A stretch of DNA of 64,000 nucleotides from positions 1 to 64,000 of the IMG/VR virus record IMGVR_UViG_3300037127_000056; one strand, written 5' to 3'. This document shows, one piece after another, positions 7,456 through 16,479 of the stretch; within the stretch, counting starts at the first letter, position 1; every line of letters begins with the position of its first letter. Made by a program: the position numbers and the translations under genes. The notes beneath the pieces were generated by a model. It did not search any database. It was not told the DNA's origin and worked only from the letters and a program-made list of their open reading frames with translations. This DNA comes from a virus. Its lineage: Duplodnaviria > Caudoviricetes.

Positions 7456-10344
7456 CTAGGCCGCCCACATCGCGGTCATCTGCTCAGCAGACACGTCGCA
7501 CAGGTCACTCGCCCGGCCGCGTACCGACACCGCGGGGAAGCCACTCACCGCGCGATGCCTGCGAATCGCTCGGAAGTCTGGCAACCGGTGGCCCCATTTC
7601 GAGGTGATAGATGGGATCCCGGTACCTGCATCACCCATCGAACCCGTCCGAATCAGGGAATCAATCACACCCTTGGTGACACCGATGCGTTCGCGGAAGT
7701 CCTTCTCTGCCGTGAGAGCCGCTAGGATCGCCGCTGCGCTGTTGTCGATGGTTTCACGGGTCTCGGGTGCGGGCTTGCTTACAACGGCTTGTGGGGCGTC
7801 TGTGGCGCTCTCATAGGTTTCACCTACGGCCCGAAGCCCATGCTCGACACGGATAGCATTGACCCCCGGGACATCGACACCATAGCGAGCCGACCACATG
7901 CCGGTCCGATGCTTCTGTGTCTGGAGCATCACCCCGGCGTCGATAAGCGCGTCCCTTGCGGCGATGGCGATAGCGATGCGCTTCGTACACCCGTCTCTGT
8001 GGACGGTGACGCGCCCGGAATCGATTGCCTCCAGCCGTTTCGTGGTGAGGGTTTCCCCGGCGTGTAGGGCATCGAGGATGCTCGTGGCGCACGTCGTGAG
8101 TCGCTTGATGGTTGATGCTCGCATCGGCTTGTCCGACAGGGTGGCGAAATCGATACGACCGATGAGAGTCGAGATGATGCCGTCTCCGAGGGCACCCACG
8201 GGGACAAGCTCTTGACCCGCCCGGAATGCCTTGACCTCATGTACCCGACCGACTTGGGTCTCACGATGGGCGATGGACTTGACGATCATGGCCTTGATGG
8301 CGGTGGGATCATCAAACGCTTGAGTCGCCCATGTCATGAGCATCTGCTCCGACGTATCGGCATCAATCCCGCGGGCGAGCATGAGGTAGCTGGTGAGCTG
8401 GCGAGTGGTGTCCCATGCGCCGGTGGATCCGTGCTGAACGAGCCCCTTGACCATGGCGGTCTCGCACCATGACGTCCACGCCTGACCGTGTGTGTCCCGT
8501 GGCAGAGACTGCACTTCTCGCAATGGTTTCGCGGGCTTGCCCGAAAGGGATCCACATAACAGTCCTTCTCTTCTCTCGTCCTTCTTCTTCCCGTCGCTGC
8601 GCTCCGGCCCGTGGGCCATCGCCGTGGCCCCGGTGAGGTGGGTTCCCGTCTCGCGAGCCATGTCTTGTGAGCCACCGTTCTCACCTCCGACCCCATCACA
8701 CCCGGGCGCCCCCGGCGCCCCCGGCGCCCCCCGAAAGGGATCCACATAACAGTCCTTCTCTTCTCTCTCTTCTCCCCTCCCCTTGTCTCCACCGCCTTGA
8801 TCTGTCGTAGTCTTCCCCACCTCTGTCTGATCCACCTTGCACGCGCGAGCGTCCCTCACCTTGCGGGAGTTGGCCTTGACCTTGCGCCGGGGACCGTTAC
8901 CCCCTTTCTTGTTTGAACCATCATGACCGCGTCGGGGATCGTCAAGCGACCCCATCAAGTGGTCCCCCCATGCCGACACCGACGTTGCCATCGCTTCCAT
9001 GGAAGCGTCATCACGGGGACCAATCGTCGCGGCATCGAACATCGCGGGGACTCGGGTCAAGTACTCCGCGTCGTCAACGAACGGGATGTTGTGGCTACCG
9101 TCCCACGAGACGCCGTCAATCAAGCGCTGACGCGGTCCCAGGGGAAGTCGCACCCCTCTCCCCATGGGGAACGGAAAGAGGTCCACACCGGTTACAGGGA
9201 GTCCTAGGGCACGGGCGTTGGCATCGAGGATTTTTGCCGCCGACTCGCGGTCCACGGCTTGGGTGAAGAACATCCAGATGTGGTAGCCGCCTCCGGGGGA
9301 TGTCGAGATCAGGGGCAGCTTGTTCTGGGACTTGTTGGCCAGGGCTTGGTACCACGTCCATGCCGTGTCGCGGGCTCGCTGGAAGTCGTCGTCGTGGGCA
9401 TCGATGTCAACGCACACCGCGGCCGTCTCATCCGGGAAGATGAGACCCAAGGGCTGGGTGTTCCGTTCGAGGTGCCGGCGGACGTCGAAGCCGGTGGCAT
9501 GGGAGTCGAGAAATGTCCGCCATGAGCCCCGTGCCTTACGGATGACCCCTTGATGCGTGAGCCCGGGATCGATGCGGGACATGATGGTTGCCATGATGCT
9601 CGCGGTGGTGACATCAAGGGTGGGGTTCTCGTCGGCATCTATGAGGTTGCCCCAACGGCGGATGGAGGTTTCGCGCTCTTCCCGTCTTTCCCGCCGGCGG
9701 GACGCCGCGATCTCAAGTTGCCGACGGTTGGTGTTCCATCCCCGGGTGTCGGCCGCGATAGTGATGGCATCGGGATCGATCGCGGCGTCGAAGATGCGAG
9801 TCAAGAGGTCATCCGTTTCGGTGACGGCAACCGACCTCAGCGTCTGGGCGTCACGGAAGTCCTGATGGGTCACCGGCAGCGGGGTCGCCCATGGTTTGGC
9901 GCAAGGCCAGGCATCCCGGAGTTCTTCGGTCTCGGCGAGTCCACGGTCCGTGAGGTAGTCGCGCCACCACTTCACGGCGGCGGTTCGCTCCATGGGGGCC
10001 TTGGTGATGAGGTCAATGATCCATGTTTTGTCCCGCGCCCAGAACCGGACCACGGGTTCGGCGCCGAAGTCTTTGCGGATGCTGGCACAGATGGCGCGGG
10101 CCTTGTCTTGGGTGTCGGCGCTGTAGCTTAGCCATCGGAGGTGACTGCCCGCGGTTTCGATCAAGGGGCTTTGGCCCGGGAAGTGACAGATCTTGGGCCA
10201 CTGCTTCACCAGGGCGGCGGCGGACATTTCCACAGGCGACCACTTCCCATGAGTGTCCGGCTTGACGACAACGAGATTGTCGTCGAAGAAGCTGGACATC
10301 ACCGCGACCCATGTGCTTACGTTCATCGGAGATTCTTCTGACAT
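7456..10344 (-). CDS. archaeo-eukaryotic primase (AEP)-domain replication protein (Rep/primase)
   Basis: AEP motifs VCVDIDAHD, STSPGGGYHIWMFF and DLFP...VRLPLG, then a low-complexity linker, a helical PriCT-like region and a wHTH-like region. Start from TTGTGA-17-TACATG-6-ATG. Confidence 0.75.
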   Translation of the reverse strand: MSEESPMNVSTWVAVMSSFFDDNLVVVKPDTHGKWSPVEMSAAALVKQWPKICHFPGQSPLIETAGSHLRWLSYSADTQDKARAICASIRKDFGAEPVVRFWARDKTWIIDLITKAPMERTAAVKWWRDYLTDRGLAETEELRDAWPCAKPWATPLPVTHQDFRDAQTLRSVAVTETDDLLTRIFDAAIDPDAITIAADTRGWNTNRRQLEIAASRRRERREERETSIRRWGNLIDADENPTLDVTTASIMATIMSRIDPGLTHQGVIRKARGSWRTFLDSHATGFDVRRHLERNTQPLGLIFPDETAAVCVDIDAHDDDFQRARDTAWTWYQALANKSQNKLPLISTSPGGGYHIWMFFTQAVDRESAAKILDANARALGLPVTGVDLFPFPMGRGVRLPLGPRQRLIDGVSWDGSHNIPFVDDAEYLTRVPAMFDAATIGPRDDASMEAMATSVSAWGDHLMGSLDDPRRGHDGSNKKGGNGPRRKVKANSRKVRDARACKVDQTEVGKTTTDQGGGDKGRGEEREEKDCYVDPFRGAPGAPGAPGCDGVGGENGGSQDMARETGTHLTGATAMAHGPERSDGKKKDERREGLLCGSLSGKPAKPLREVQSLPRDTHGQAWTSWCETAMVKGLVQHGSTGAWDTTRQLTSYLMLARGIDADTSEQMLMTWATQAFDDPTAIKAMIVKSIAHRETQVGRVHEVKAFRAGQELVPVGALGDGIISTLIGRIDFATLSDKPMRASTIKRLTTCATSILDALHAGETLTTKRLEAIDSGRVTVHRDGCTKRIAIAIAARDALIDAGVMLQTQKHRTGMWSARYGVDVPGVNAIRVEHGLRAVGETYESATDAPQAVVSKPAPETRETIDNSAAAILAALTAEKDFRERIGVTKGVIDSLIRTGSMGDAGTGIPSITSKWGHRLPDFRAIRRHRAVSGFPAVSVRGRASDLCDVSAEQMTAMWAA
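8540..8767. repeat. 38-bp perfect direct repeat (8540-8577, 8730-8767) with (GGCGCCCCC)x3 between; origin-like element inside the Rep gene
   Basis: CCCGAAAGGGATCCACATAACAGTCCTTCTCTTCTCTC occurs twice, 190 bp apart, and is read in different protein frames. Confidence 0.9.
9689..9702. repeat. dispersed palindrome copy 3
   Basis: Inside the Rep gene (SRRRE). Confidence 0.95.
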
Positions 10345-10386
10345 ACCACCCATGTAGCTGGATGGTAGATGGATCACAACCGGGGC

Positions 10387-10415
10387 TTGCAAGCCGTGGA
10401 GGGTTCATGTATGGT
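10387..10415 (+). promoter_or_regulatory. leaderless sigma70-type promoter
   Basis: TTGCAA-17-TATGGT-7-ATG(10423). Confidence 0.65.
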
Positions 10416-10422
10416 ACTGAGG

Positions 10423-10611
10423 ATGAACCCTTTGACGAAACAAGCCATCGCTCGGTATGCTGCACAACGGGTGGTAGATGGTAATCCCGCAGGGTACGAT
10501 GAGCTTGGGGCGATAGTGAGACGATTGAGCGACCAAGTACCCAACCATTTCTCTATGGAACGCATCGCACGGGTAATCGTTGGTGTTTCATTTGCACGCC
10601 GGAGTCACTGA
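10423..10611 (+). CDS. Family B paralog
   Basis: N-terminus MNPLTKQAIARYAAQR. Confidence 0.65.
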   Translation: MNPLTKQAIARYAAQRVVDGNPAGYDELGAIVRRLSDQVPNHFSMERIARVIVGVSFARRSH

Positions 10612-10635
10612 AGTGACTGGCACGGATATTGTATC

Positions 10636-10860
10636 ATGCATGACGCTACAAGAATTGCGGTTGCGATGCGGGCTGCGCGTCGGTGTATTTGGTATCGACC
10701 ACGTGCCTATGATGAGATGGACGCGATCGTGAGATCCCATGTGTTTGCACAGGGCTGGATCGCGACTCACCATAGCCGACCCATGGGGCTCAAGATGGTC
10801 GCCGGAAATATATTGTTCCATTCAGGCCAAGTGTTGGCGGAAGCTCTATTGCCGTACTGA
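10636..10860 (+). CDS. Family B paralog
   Basis: N-terminus MHDATRIAVAMRAARR. Confidence 0.65.
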   Translation: MHDATRIAVAMRAARRCIWYRPRAYDEMDAIVRSHVFAQGWIATHHSRPMGLKMVAGNILFHSGQVLAEALLPY

Positions 10861-11054
10861 TGAGATGCAATGATACGTGGATGCTTGCGCAACGCTACAT
10901 GGACGTGGTATCTTATGGGCAGTGGAATCAGGCCCATACATTGGGGTCGGCAATCATCGAGCACGTTCAGGGCAGTTCTTTCTCACACGATTTAGTGGGG
11001 CTGCGGTACTTGGCGAGGCAGATCGTCACGGGTCGTCCAGGAGGCTACACGTAA
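10860..11054 (+). CDS. small hypothetical protein
   Basis: TGATG/TAATG coupling to both neighbours. Confidence 0.5.
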   Translation: MRCNDTWMLAQRYMDVVSYGQWNQAHTLGSAIIEHVQGSSFSHDLVGLRYLARQIVTGRPGGYT

Positions 11055-11470
11055 TGCACGATACGACCAAATGGGTCATCACACGCGAGGCCGCGCGTCG
11101 ATTTCGTGACATGCCCGCAACTGAGATTGCATGTCGTTTGTCAGAGGACATCGGGTGGATCGGGACGCCGGTGGAACAGCTTTGGGCGATCGTGAGACGA
11201 CGGGCGAACCGTGATGGGACGTCCGTGAACTATCTGGAGTGTTCGCCACATTTTGCGATCCCGTGGTTCGCCGCGATTGCACACTTTATCGTTATCGCGA
11301 CCAATTGTGAGACCGTCGCAAGAACGTACACGTCATTGAATCGCCACGGGCAGTATACGTCAGCCAGGATTACTGCTATCGTGCTCACCGAAATGCTTCA
11401 GAATGATACGTGGGACTTGAGTACCGACGAGTTGCTGGAGCTGGCGGAGAGACTGGCCAGTGATGAGTGA
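11054..11470 (+). CDS. Family B paralog
   Basis: MHDTTKWVITREAARRF...TEMLQNDTWDLSTDELLELA. Confidence 0.75.
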   Translation: MHDTTKWVITREAARRFRDMPATEIACRLSEDIGWIGTPVEQLWAIVRRRANRDGTSVNYLECSPHFAIPWFAAIAHFIVIATNCETVARTYTSLNRHGQYTSARITAIVLTEMLQNDTWDLSTDELLELAERLASDE

Positions 11471-11474
11471 GTGT

Positions 11475-11502
11475 GCGCATTTCCCGCCGGCGGGAAATGC
11501 GC
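11475..11502. repeat. dispersed palindrome copy 4 (28-bp perfect)
   Basis: GCGCATTTCCCGCCGGCGGGAAATGCGC abutting TAGAGT-7-ATG(11516). Confidence 0.95.
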
Positions 11503-11515
11503 TAGAGTGATCGCC

Positions 11516-11962
11516 ATGCATGACACCACCCGACGGGCAGTCACCCAGATCGCGGCCAGGCGACACGCCGATGGTGATACGGGATTCCTCGCGGTTTGCG
11601 AGTACAACGGCTTGACGGGAACCAACTTGATCGCCCGGTCCGCCCATTATTTCGCCGATCTTGCCGCTACTTTCAGCGACGACGTAGTGCCGGTTATCAT
11701 GTCCCTGTACCGGCTCAGCGCAAGGTACGGGTCGTGGGAGGCCGATCGCGAACGTTTCATGTTGTACCGTGCCTTTCTATGCGAATACCTCCAGGGCGAT
11801 TCGCGGTTGCTCTCGTTCCCACAGATCCTCACGTTGGCACGTCGTGTGCAAACATCTATCAACACTGGCACCCCCGTGCCGGAGCCGCCGTTCATAGGCA
11901 TCGAGAAAATGGACATCGGGTTTTCCCCTCACCAGGAAGCTATGATACGGTGGTGGTCATGA
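11516..11962 (+). CDS. Family B paralog
   Basis: MHDTTRRAVTQIAARR...LCEYLQGD; TAGAGT-7-ATG. Confidence 0.75.
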   Translation: MHDTTRRAVTQIAARRHADGDTGFLAVCEYNGLTGTNLIARSAHYFADLAATFSDDVVPVIMSLYRLSARYGSWEADRERFMLYRAFLCEYLQGDSRLLSFPQILTLARRVQTSINTGTPVPEPPFIGIEKMDIGFSPHQEAMIRWWS

Positions 11963-12333
11963 ATGACGCGACGAAGCGCGCGGTGACGCAACGGGCGGCA
12001 GAGAGATTCGATGAAGGTCGGACCGATGCACTGATCGCGATTTGTCCCGATCTTCCATGGGATGGCCTGGAGGCGGCGACACCGTGGTTGCGGGACATCA
12101 CTACATCGTCGCTTTCTGAAATCTTGGGCATGTTCTTCCATTGTCAATGCCCCGCTGGCTTCGCCGTGCTCTGTGAGCACCTTCAAGCCGATGCCCACAA
12201 ACTCAACGACAACGAACTACACTGTCTAGCAATCATGATGCACATCGCCATCAATCGGGGCATCAAGCCTCCACATCCACCATACAAGCAATACTCTCAA
12301 TCGAAGACAGAGGCCGACAATGACCCCAGATGA
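11959..12333 (+). CDS. Family B paralog
   Basis: MNDATKRAVTQRAAER...LCEHLQAD; ATGA overlap. Confidence 0.75.
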   Translation: MNDATKRAVTQRAAERFDEGRTDALIAICPDLPWDGLEAATPWLRDITTSSLSEILGMFFHCQCPAGFAVLCEHLQADAHKLNDNELHCLAIMMHIAINRGIKPPHPPYKQYSQSKTEADNDPR

Positions 12334-12769
12334 ACGCAGGGCACAACGTATCAGTTTCGCATACGGCAATCTCGCGATGAGCAACAGTGCGGCCACGAAG
12401 GCTCTTGTTACCCGCGAGGCGGACGCCATGGCCCCCAAGGGGACGGTGGTCACCAACTTCATGGAGTCCTATCGGCAGACGCCATTGACGCTCGCGTTGG
12501 AAGACAAGACGGTGCCACGGCGGATGAGCTTGATCGACGCCCGCCGCACGGCTCGGAGGTACGGTGAGGAGTTGTGGCTCGTGATGAGCGATGCCACCCA
12601 TCACGTGGACCGGAACGGCGCCTATGGCCTCGATGGGTATCACGGGTGGTCGGGACCGATTTGCGAAACGTGCGAGGAACCATGCCTCGAAGAGGATGCC
12701 GAGAGATGGTGGTGTGGACCATGCACCGGGTTGCGGGTGGCAAGCGATTCAACTACAGTGGGGCCATGA
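12320..12769 (+). CDS. hypothetical protein with C-terminal CxxC/CxxC zinc ribbon
   Basis: AQRISFAYGN N-terminus; CETC...CGPC. Confidence 0.65.
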   Translation: MTPDERRAQRISFAYGNLAMSNSAATKALVTREADAMAPKGTVVTNFMESYRQTPLTLALEDKTVPRRMSLIDARRTARRYGEELWLVMSDATHHVDRNGAYGLDGYHGWSGPICETCEEPCLEEDAERWWCGPCTGLRVASDSTTVGP

Positions 12770-12860
12770 CGTTGACCCCAGAGATCATTGATGCCGTTCT
12801 CGCATTGTGGGATGCCACCCCGATGATGATGCGCGTCGCTATCGCCAAAGGATGGGTGTG

Positions 12861-13406
12861 ATGACCAGGCTTCCTATCATCGGACTGTTCACCGCCCACG
12901 GGGCACCACCAGATCACCTGAGACACGCTCTGGCCGACGTCGTTGCGTACGTGATGGGTGTGGGTGCCGCTGGTGTTCATCGCGGCGACACAGCCGTACA
13001 TGCTATCTGGCGAGCCTATGACGACCGTGGGTTGAACTGGCAGAGTCAGGTCACCGGGCAAGCGTCCGCGGTTGCAGCACGGTGCCTGTGGGGGGAGTAC
13101 AGCTCGCCGGGAATCCCGTGGGTAGACGTTGACTTCTCGTGGCCCGAGACGCCGGCACACGCGGTGCAGCGATTCCGGTTGGCTCAACATGAGCATCGGA
13201 CGAATGTTGTGTTGACAGCGGCTAGGGCACATGGCTGGGTTGGCTCATCACCGACTCACGCTGAAGCGTTCCTCATCAGGACTGTTCCAGAATGGATCAT
13301 CGAAGCGACCCCAGGTCGCAGGTGCGGCCAGTACACCTACCGCACCGCCGCCGGAAACGTAGCGGTAACGACCGACATCGACGTATTCTTGGACGACATT
13401 GTGTGA
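12861..13406 (+). CDS. hypothetical protein
   Basis: Coupled ORF, 181 aa. Confidence 0.6.
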   Translation: MTRLPIIGLFTAHGAPPDHLRHALADVVAYVMGVGAAGVHRGDTAVHAIWRAYDDRGLNWQSQVTGQASAVAARCLWGEYSSPGIPWVDVDFSWPETPAHAVQRFRLAQHEHRTNVVLTAARAHGWVGSSPTHAEAFLIRTVPEWIIEATPGRRCGQYTYRTAAGNVAVTTDIDVFLDDIV

Positions 13407-13870
13407 GTCCAGACTTGAGATACATTCGTTTGTGCTGCTATTTCAACTCGGGATCGTTCGACCCATTGCGGCTGAAGCGAATGGGAAAGGACGCTCTCAT
13501 CGCAGAATGGGATCGTCTCGTAGAGTCGGGTCATATCGAATGCCCGATGATGACAGCGGATGAGAATGACAGCGCGTTCGTCGAGGTCACTTCAGAGATG
13601 GTCCGAGCCGGCATCACCGATACCGATGTTCACGCATGGCTGTTGCGAGCACCATCATACGACGCGATGGATCAACGGTTGGCACCTCGATGGGTGGTGC
13701 TGGATGCCGTGACCTCATGGCTCGGGTTGAGAGAACTTCTGAAGACCATGCCGGGATGGATTGATGCTGTCAAGGCTTACGCCGCTCGTGGCGTGATGAG
13801 GCCGATGAGCATCATTGCGCAAGCCGACGCCTACCGCTTCATCCGTGAGCGGTTCAGAGAATTTCGTTGA
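13403..13870 (+). CDS. hypothetical protein
   Basis: GTGA overlap with the previous stop. Confidence 0.6.
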   Translation: MSPDLRYIRLCCYFNSGSFDPLRLKRMGKDALIAEWDRLVESGHIECPMMTADENDSAFVEVTSEMVRAGITDTDVHAWLLRAPSYDAMDQRLAPRWVVLDAVTSWLGLRELLKTMPGWIDAVKAYAARGVMRPMSIIAQADAYRFIRERFREFR

Positions 13871-14030
13871 GCCATTCTTCGACGGCGGTGATCTCGTCCG
13901 CGGTCAAGTCGATGTCCGTGTCCACAACCTGTGCGCCGTCAAGGGTGTAGATGACATCGACGTTGAAGTACCCGTTGCCGCGGTCGATGACGTCGTAGGG
14001 GATGACTTCGATGAGTGGTGTCGTTTCCAT
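13854..14030 (-). CDS. small acidic protein
   Basis: METTPLIEVIPYDV...; TTGACC promoter upstream, divergent from the lysin gene. Confidence 0.55.
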   Translation of the reverse strand: METTPLIEVIPYDVIDRGNGYFNVDVIYTLDGAQVVDTDIDLTADEITAVEEWLNEIL

Positions 14031-14102
14031 GTCCTGTGTTGTACTACTTACACGAATGCGGGTCAAGACCTTTCCGCACAAATTCGTCATACACTCGAAT
14101 GT

Positions 14103-14957
14103 ATGACGACAGCAGCAGTCGAGTACAACAAGGGCAGGCCGTACACATCCGGTCTATGGGCGCGGATTCAGGAGGTCGTGGGGACAACGGCGGATGGAAT
14201 CCCAGGGAGCAAGACGGCGGCGGCGATCGAGAGCTACCAACGAGCGACCGGGTTGCCAGCGGACGGCAAGTGCGGGCGTAACACATTCTCGGCGATGTCG
14301 CTTCAAGACATGGATGGTGATCTCTTTTTGGGTCACATCGCTATTGACGCCGACGGCGCGCCGAACGCCTACAACCCAGAGAACACCGGGATCGATTACC
14401 TCGGGAATGCCGGGCGGCCAGGGAATTGGTGGGGCATCTCGACCGATGACGACGGCAATCCGTACACCCAGTGCAGGCACGATCCCAACCCCGGGTACTA
14501 CGTATCAACGACCGCACTCATCGACCCGGACTTTGATGAGACGGACACCGAGAGGTATGTCGATTCGACGGAAATTCCATACATCGCCTTGACGCGGAGC
14601 TGGCGGGACCTATCGACATCCCGCCCCTACAAGGGCGACCTCGCGATGGTCGTTCGAGTCTCAAACCTGGAGGTTCGGACATTCGCCATCTATGCCGACG
14701 TCGGGCCGTCAAAGAACGTCGGTGACACCATGGGAGAGCTGAGCATCGCGGCGGCACAGAACTTGGGTCACGACCCCTACCGGGTTCGAGATGGCATCCT
14801 CCGAGCAGACATCGGATCCAGTGCGGAGTTCGCCTACATCGTGTTCCCCGGCAGCGGCTACGGACGCCCGCTGAGTGCGGATGACATCAACGCCTATGGG
14901 TCGGCTGCATTTGACGCATGGGGTGGCGACGCCCGCCTCTACGGCTTGTTTGCCTGA
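14103..14957 (+). CDS. peptidoglycan-binding domain + GH75 (chitosanase-family) hydrolase; candidate endolysin
   Basis: PG_binding_1-like DGIPGSKT...YQRATGLPADGKCGRNT; GH75-like IDADG, VDSTEIPYIAL, GDLAMV, AIYADVGP, GELS; TACACT-7-ATG. Confidence 0.75.
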   Translation: MTTAAVEYNKGRPYTSGLWARIQEVVGTTADGIPGSKTAAAIESYQRATGLPADGKCGRNTFSAMSLQDMDGDLFLGHIAIDADGAPNAYNPENTGIDYLGNAGRPGNWWGISTDDDGNPYTQCRHDPNPGYYVSTTALIDPDFDETDTERYVDSTEIPYIALTRSWRDLSTSRPYKGDLAMVVRVSNLEVRTFAIYADVGPSKNVGDTMGELSIAAAQNLGHDPYRVRDGILRADIGSSAEFAYIVFPGSGYGRPLSADDINAYGSAAFDAWGGDARLYGLFA

Positions 14958-15256
14958 TCCTTGGCGAAGTAATGGGCCAGGGTGTGACAGCCGATGTCGG
15001 TGATGGCCCAACACATCGTCCGGTTGTCGGTGGCGAGACCAACTTCGACGACCTCGCCGTAGTCTTTCAGCTTGGCCAGCGCAAGTTTTTCGATACGAGA
15101 TCCGGCGTTGGTGGGCGTTTCTTCGAGGATGGTTTCCCGCAGCTGAGTGGTCGAAAGGTGTGTGTATTGAGACAAGAGTTCGAGGATCCGGCGTTGCCGC
15201 TTACCGATTGGCTTGTCGAGGTTCCGAGGCGTTATGTCTGTGCTTGGGTGCGTCAT
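14939..15256 (-). CDS. winged-helix DNA-binding protein (putative)
   Basis: QRRILELL...LSTTQL...LAKLKDYGEV...WAITDIG is a wHTH pattern; TTGACA-16-TATGAT-7-ATG. Confidence 0.55.
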   Translation of the reverse strand: MTHPSTDITPRNLDKPIGKRQRRILELLSQYTHLSTTQLRETILEETPTNAGSRIEKLALAKLKDYGEVVEVGLATDNRTMCWAITDIGCHTLAHYFAKDQANKP

Positions 15257-15351
15257 GGTCTGAATCATAGCTTAGCCACTTCGCGTGTCAAGGAAAACGT
15301 TCATAAAAATTTCCCTTGTGTTCGGTCTTGATGGCGTCTACATACCTCGGT

Positions 15352-16416
15352 ATGAGCGCAACAACGATCACACTAGACCATGTATCACTCAGCACCGCCC
15401 TCAGCATATGTGCGCCAGTAGCTGGAAAGTGGGAGCGCATCCATGGCCCCGCCGGCAACATCGCCATCGACTGGGATGGTGATTCAGCGACCGTCACAGC
15501 CTCCAGCAATGCGGTCACTGCAACGCATCGCGTGACCCTTGTTTCCGCTTTCCCGCCGGCGGGAAACATGATCGTCCCGGTTTCGGCGATCATGTCGGTC
15601 ATGGAATCGCGTGACATCACGATCACGACGGATGACGGTAGCAAGGCGACCATTCAGTCTGACCGCAACCGCAGGGCAGCGACGATATCGTCCAGGAACC
15701 TGGCACACATCGCATTGCCCATTGACACGTCGAACCGACCGGGCGATGTCAATGGGCAAGCTCTGTCCGATGCCATCACAGCGACGTCATGGGCGATGGG
15801 CAAGTCCGGTACCACCGTCGTCGAGTTCGGTCCCAACCCAACTGTAACGGCGTGTAACGGCGCCACCTTGGCTCAGGCTCGTGTCAGTGTCGTTGGCGCC
15901 TCTGATGGCCGCGTGCGGGTATCCAAAGATGACGCCAACACGTTGGGTACCGTGATGTCACGAATGGATCGAATGGGGATCCATTCCACGGACGAATACA
16001 CGTCGTTCGTGGGTGACGGCGCCCACATCAAGGTCGTATCGCTGGCACCTTCGTCGTACGAGTCGATGGTTGATATTCTCGATGAGACAACGACGGGCCC
16101 ATGTTCCGGCATCGATACCAAGACCCTTCAACAGGCACTGGCGCGGGTTGCTCCGTTCGCGACCAAGGGTGACTTCCACATCCAAGCGGCGGCCGATCGT
16201 TTGACCATCAAAGCGGTGTTGCCAGATGCCGGCGACGCCGAGACCTCGGTGGCGTGCCGTACCACGCGGGAATGGAAGGTCGGTGTCAACTTCGCGGCCT
16301 TGACCTCAGCTCTCAAGGCGTGTCACGAAGACGCGAGGCTTGCAAAGACGACATCGACGATCATGGTCTCGGCCCAAGACTATACGGCACACATCGGATT
16401 TTTTCTCGTGGAGTAG
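15352..16416 (+). CDS. dnaN: DNA polymerase III beta sliding clamp-like protein (divergent)
   Basis: 354 aa with the three-domain pattern; C-terminal LQQALARVAPFA...LTIKA...GDAETSVAC...VGVNFAALTSALK matches clamp domain III. Confidence 0.7.
   Translation: MSATTITLDHVSLSTALSICAPVAGKWERIHGPAGNIAIDWDGDSATVTASSNAVTATHRVTLVSAFPPAGNMIVPVSAIMSVMESRDITITTDDGSKATIQSDRNRRAATISSRNLAHIALPIDTSNRPGDVNGQALSDAITATSWAMGKSGTTVVEFGPNPTVTACNGATLAQARVSVVGASDGRVRVSKDDANTLGTVMSRMDRMGIHSTDEYTSFVGDGAHIKVVSLAPSSYESMVDILDETTTGPCSGIDTKTLQQALARVAPFATKGDFHIQAAADRLTIKAVLPDAGDAETSVACRTTREWKVGVNFAALTSALKACHEDARLAKTTSTIMVSAQDYTAHIGFFLVE
15549..15566. repeat. dispersed palindrome copy 5
   Basis: Inside the clamp gene (FPPAGN). 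Confidence 0.95.
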
Positions 16417-16479
16417 GCGTCTAGGGGCCATCATTTTCCTTGATAGCCTTCGGTTCGTATGCTAGCTTACGTATCAACT

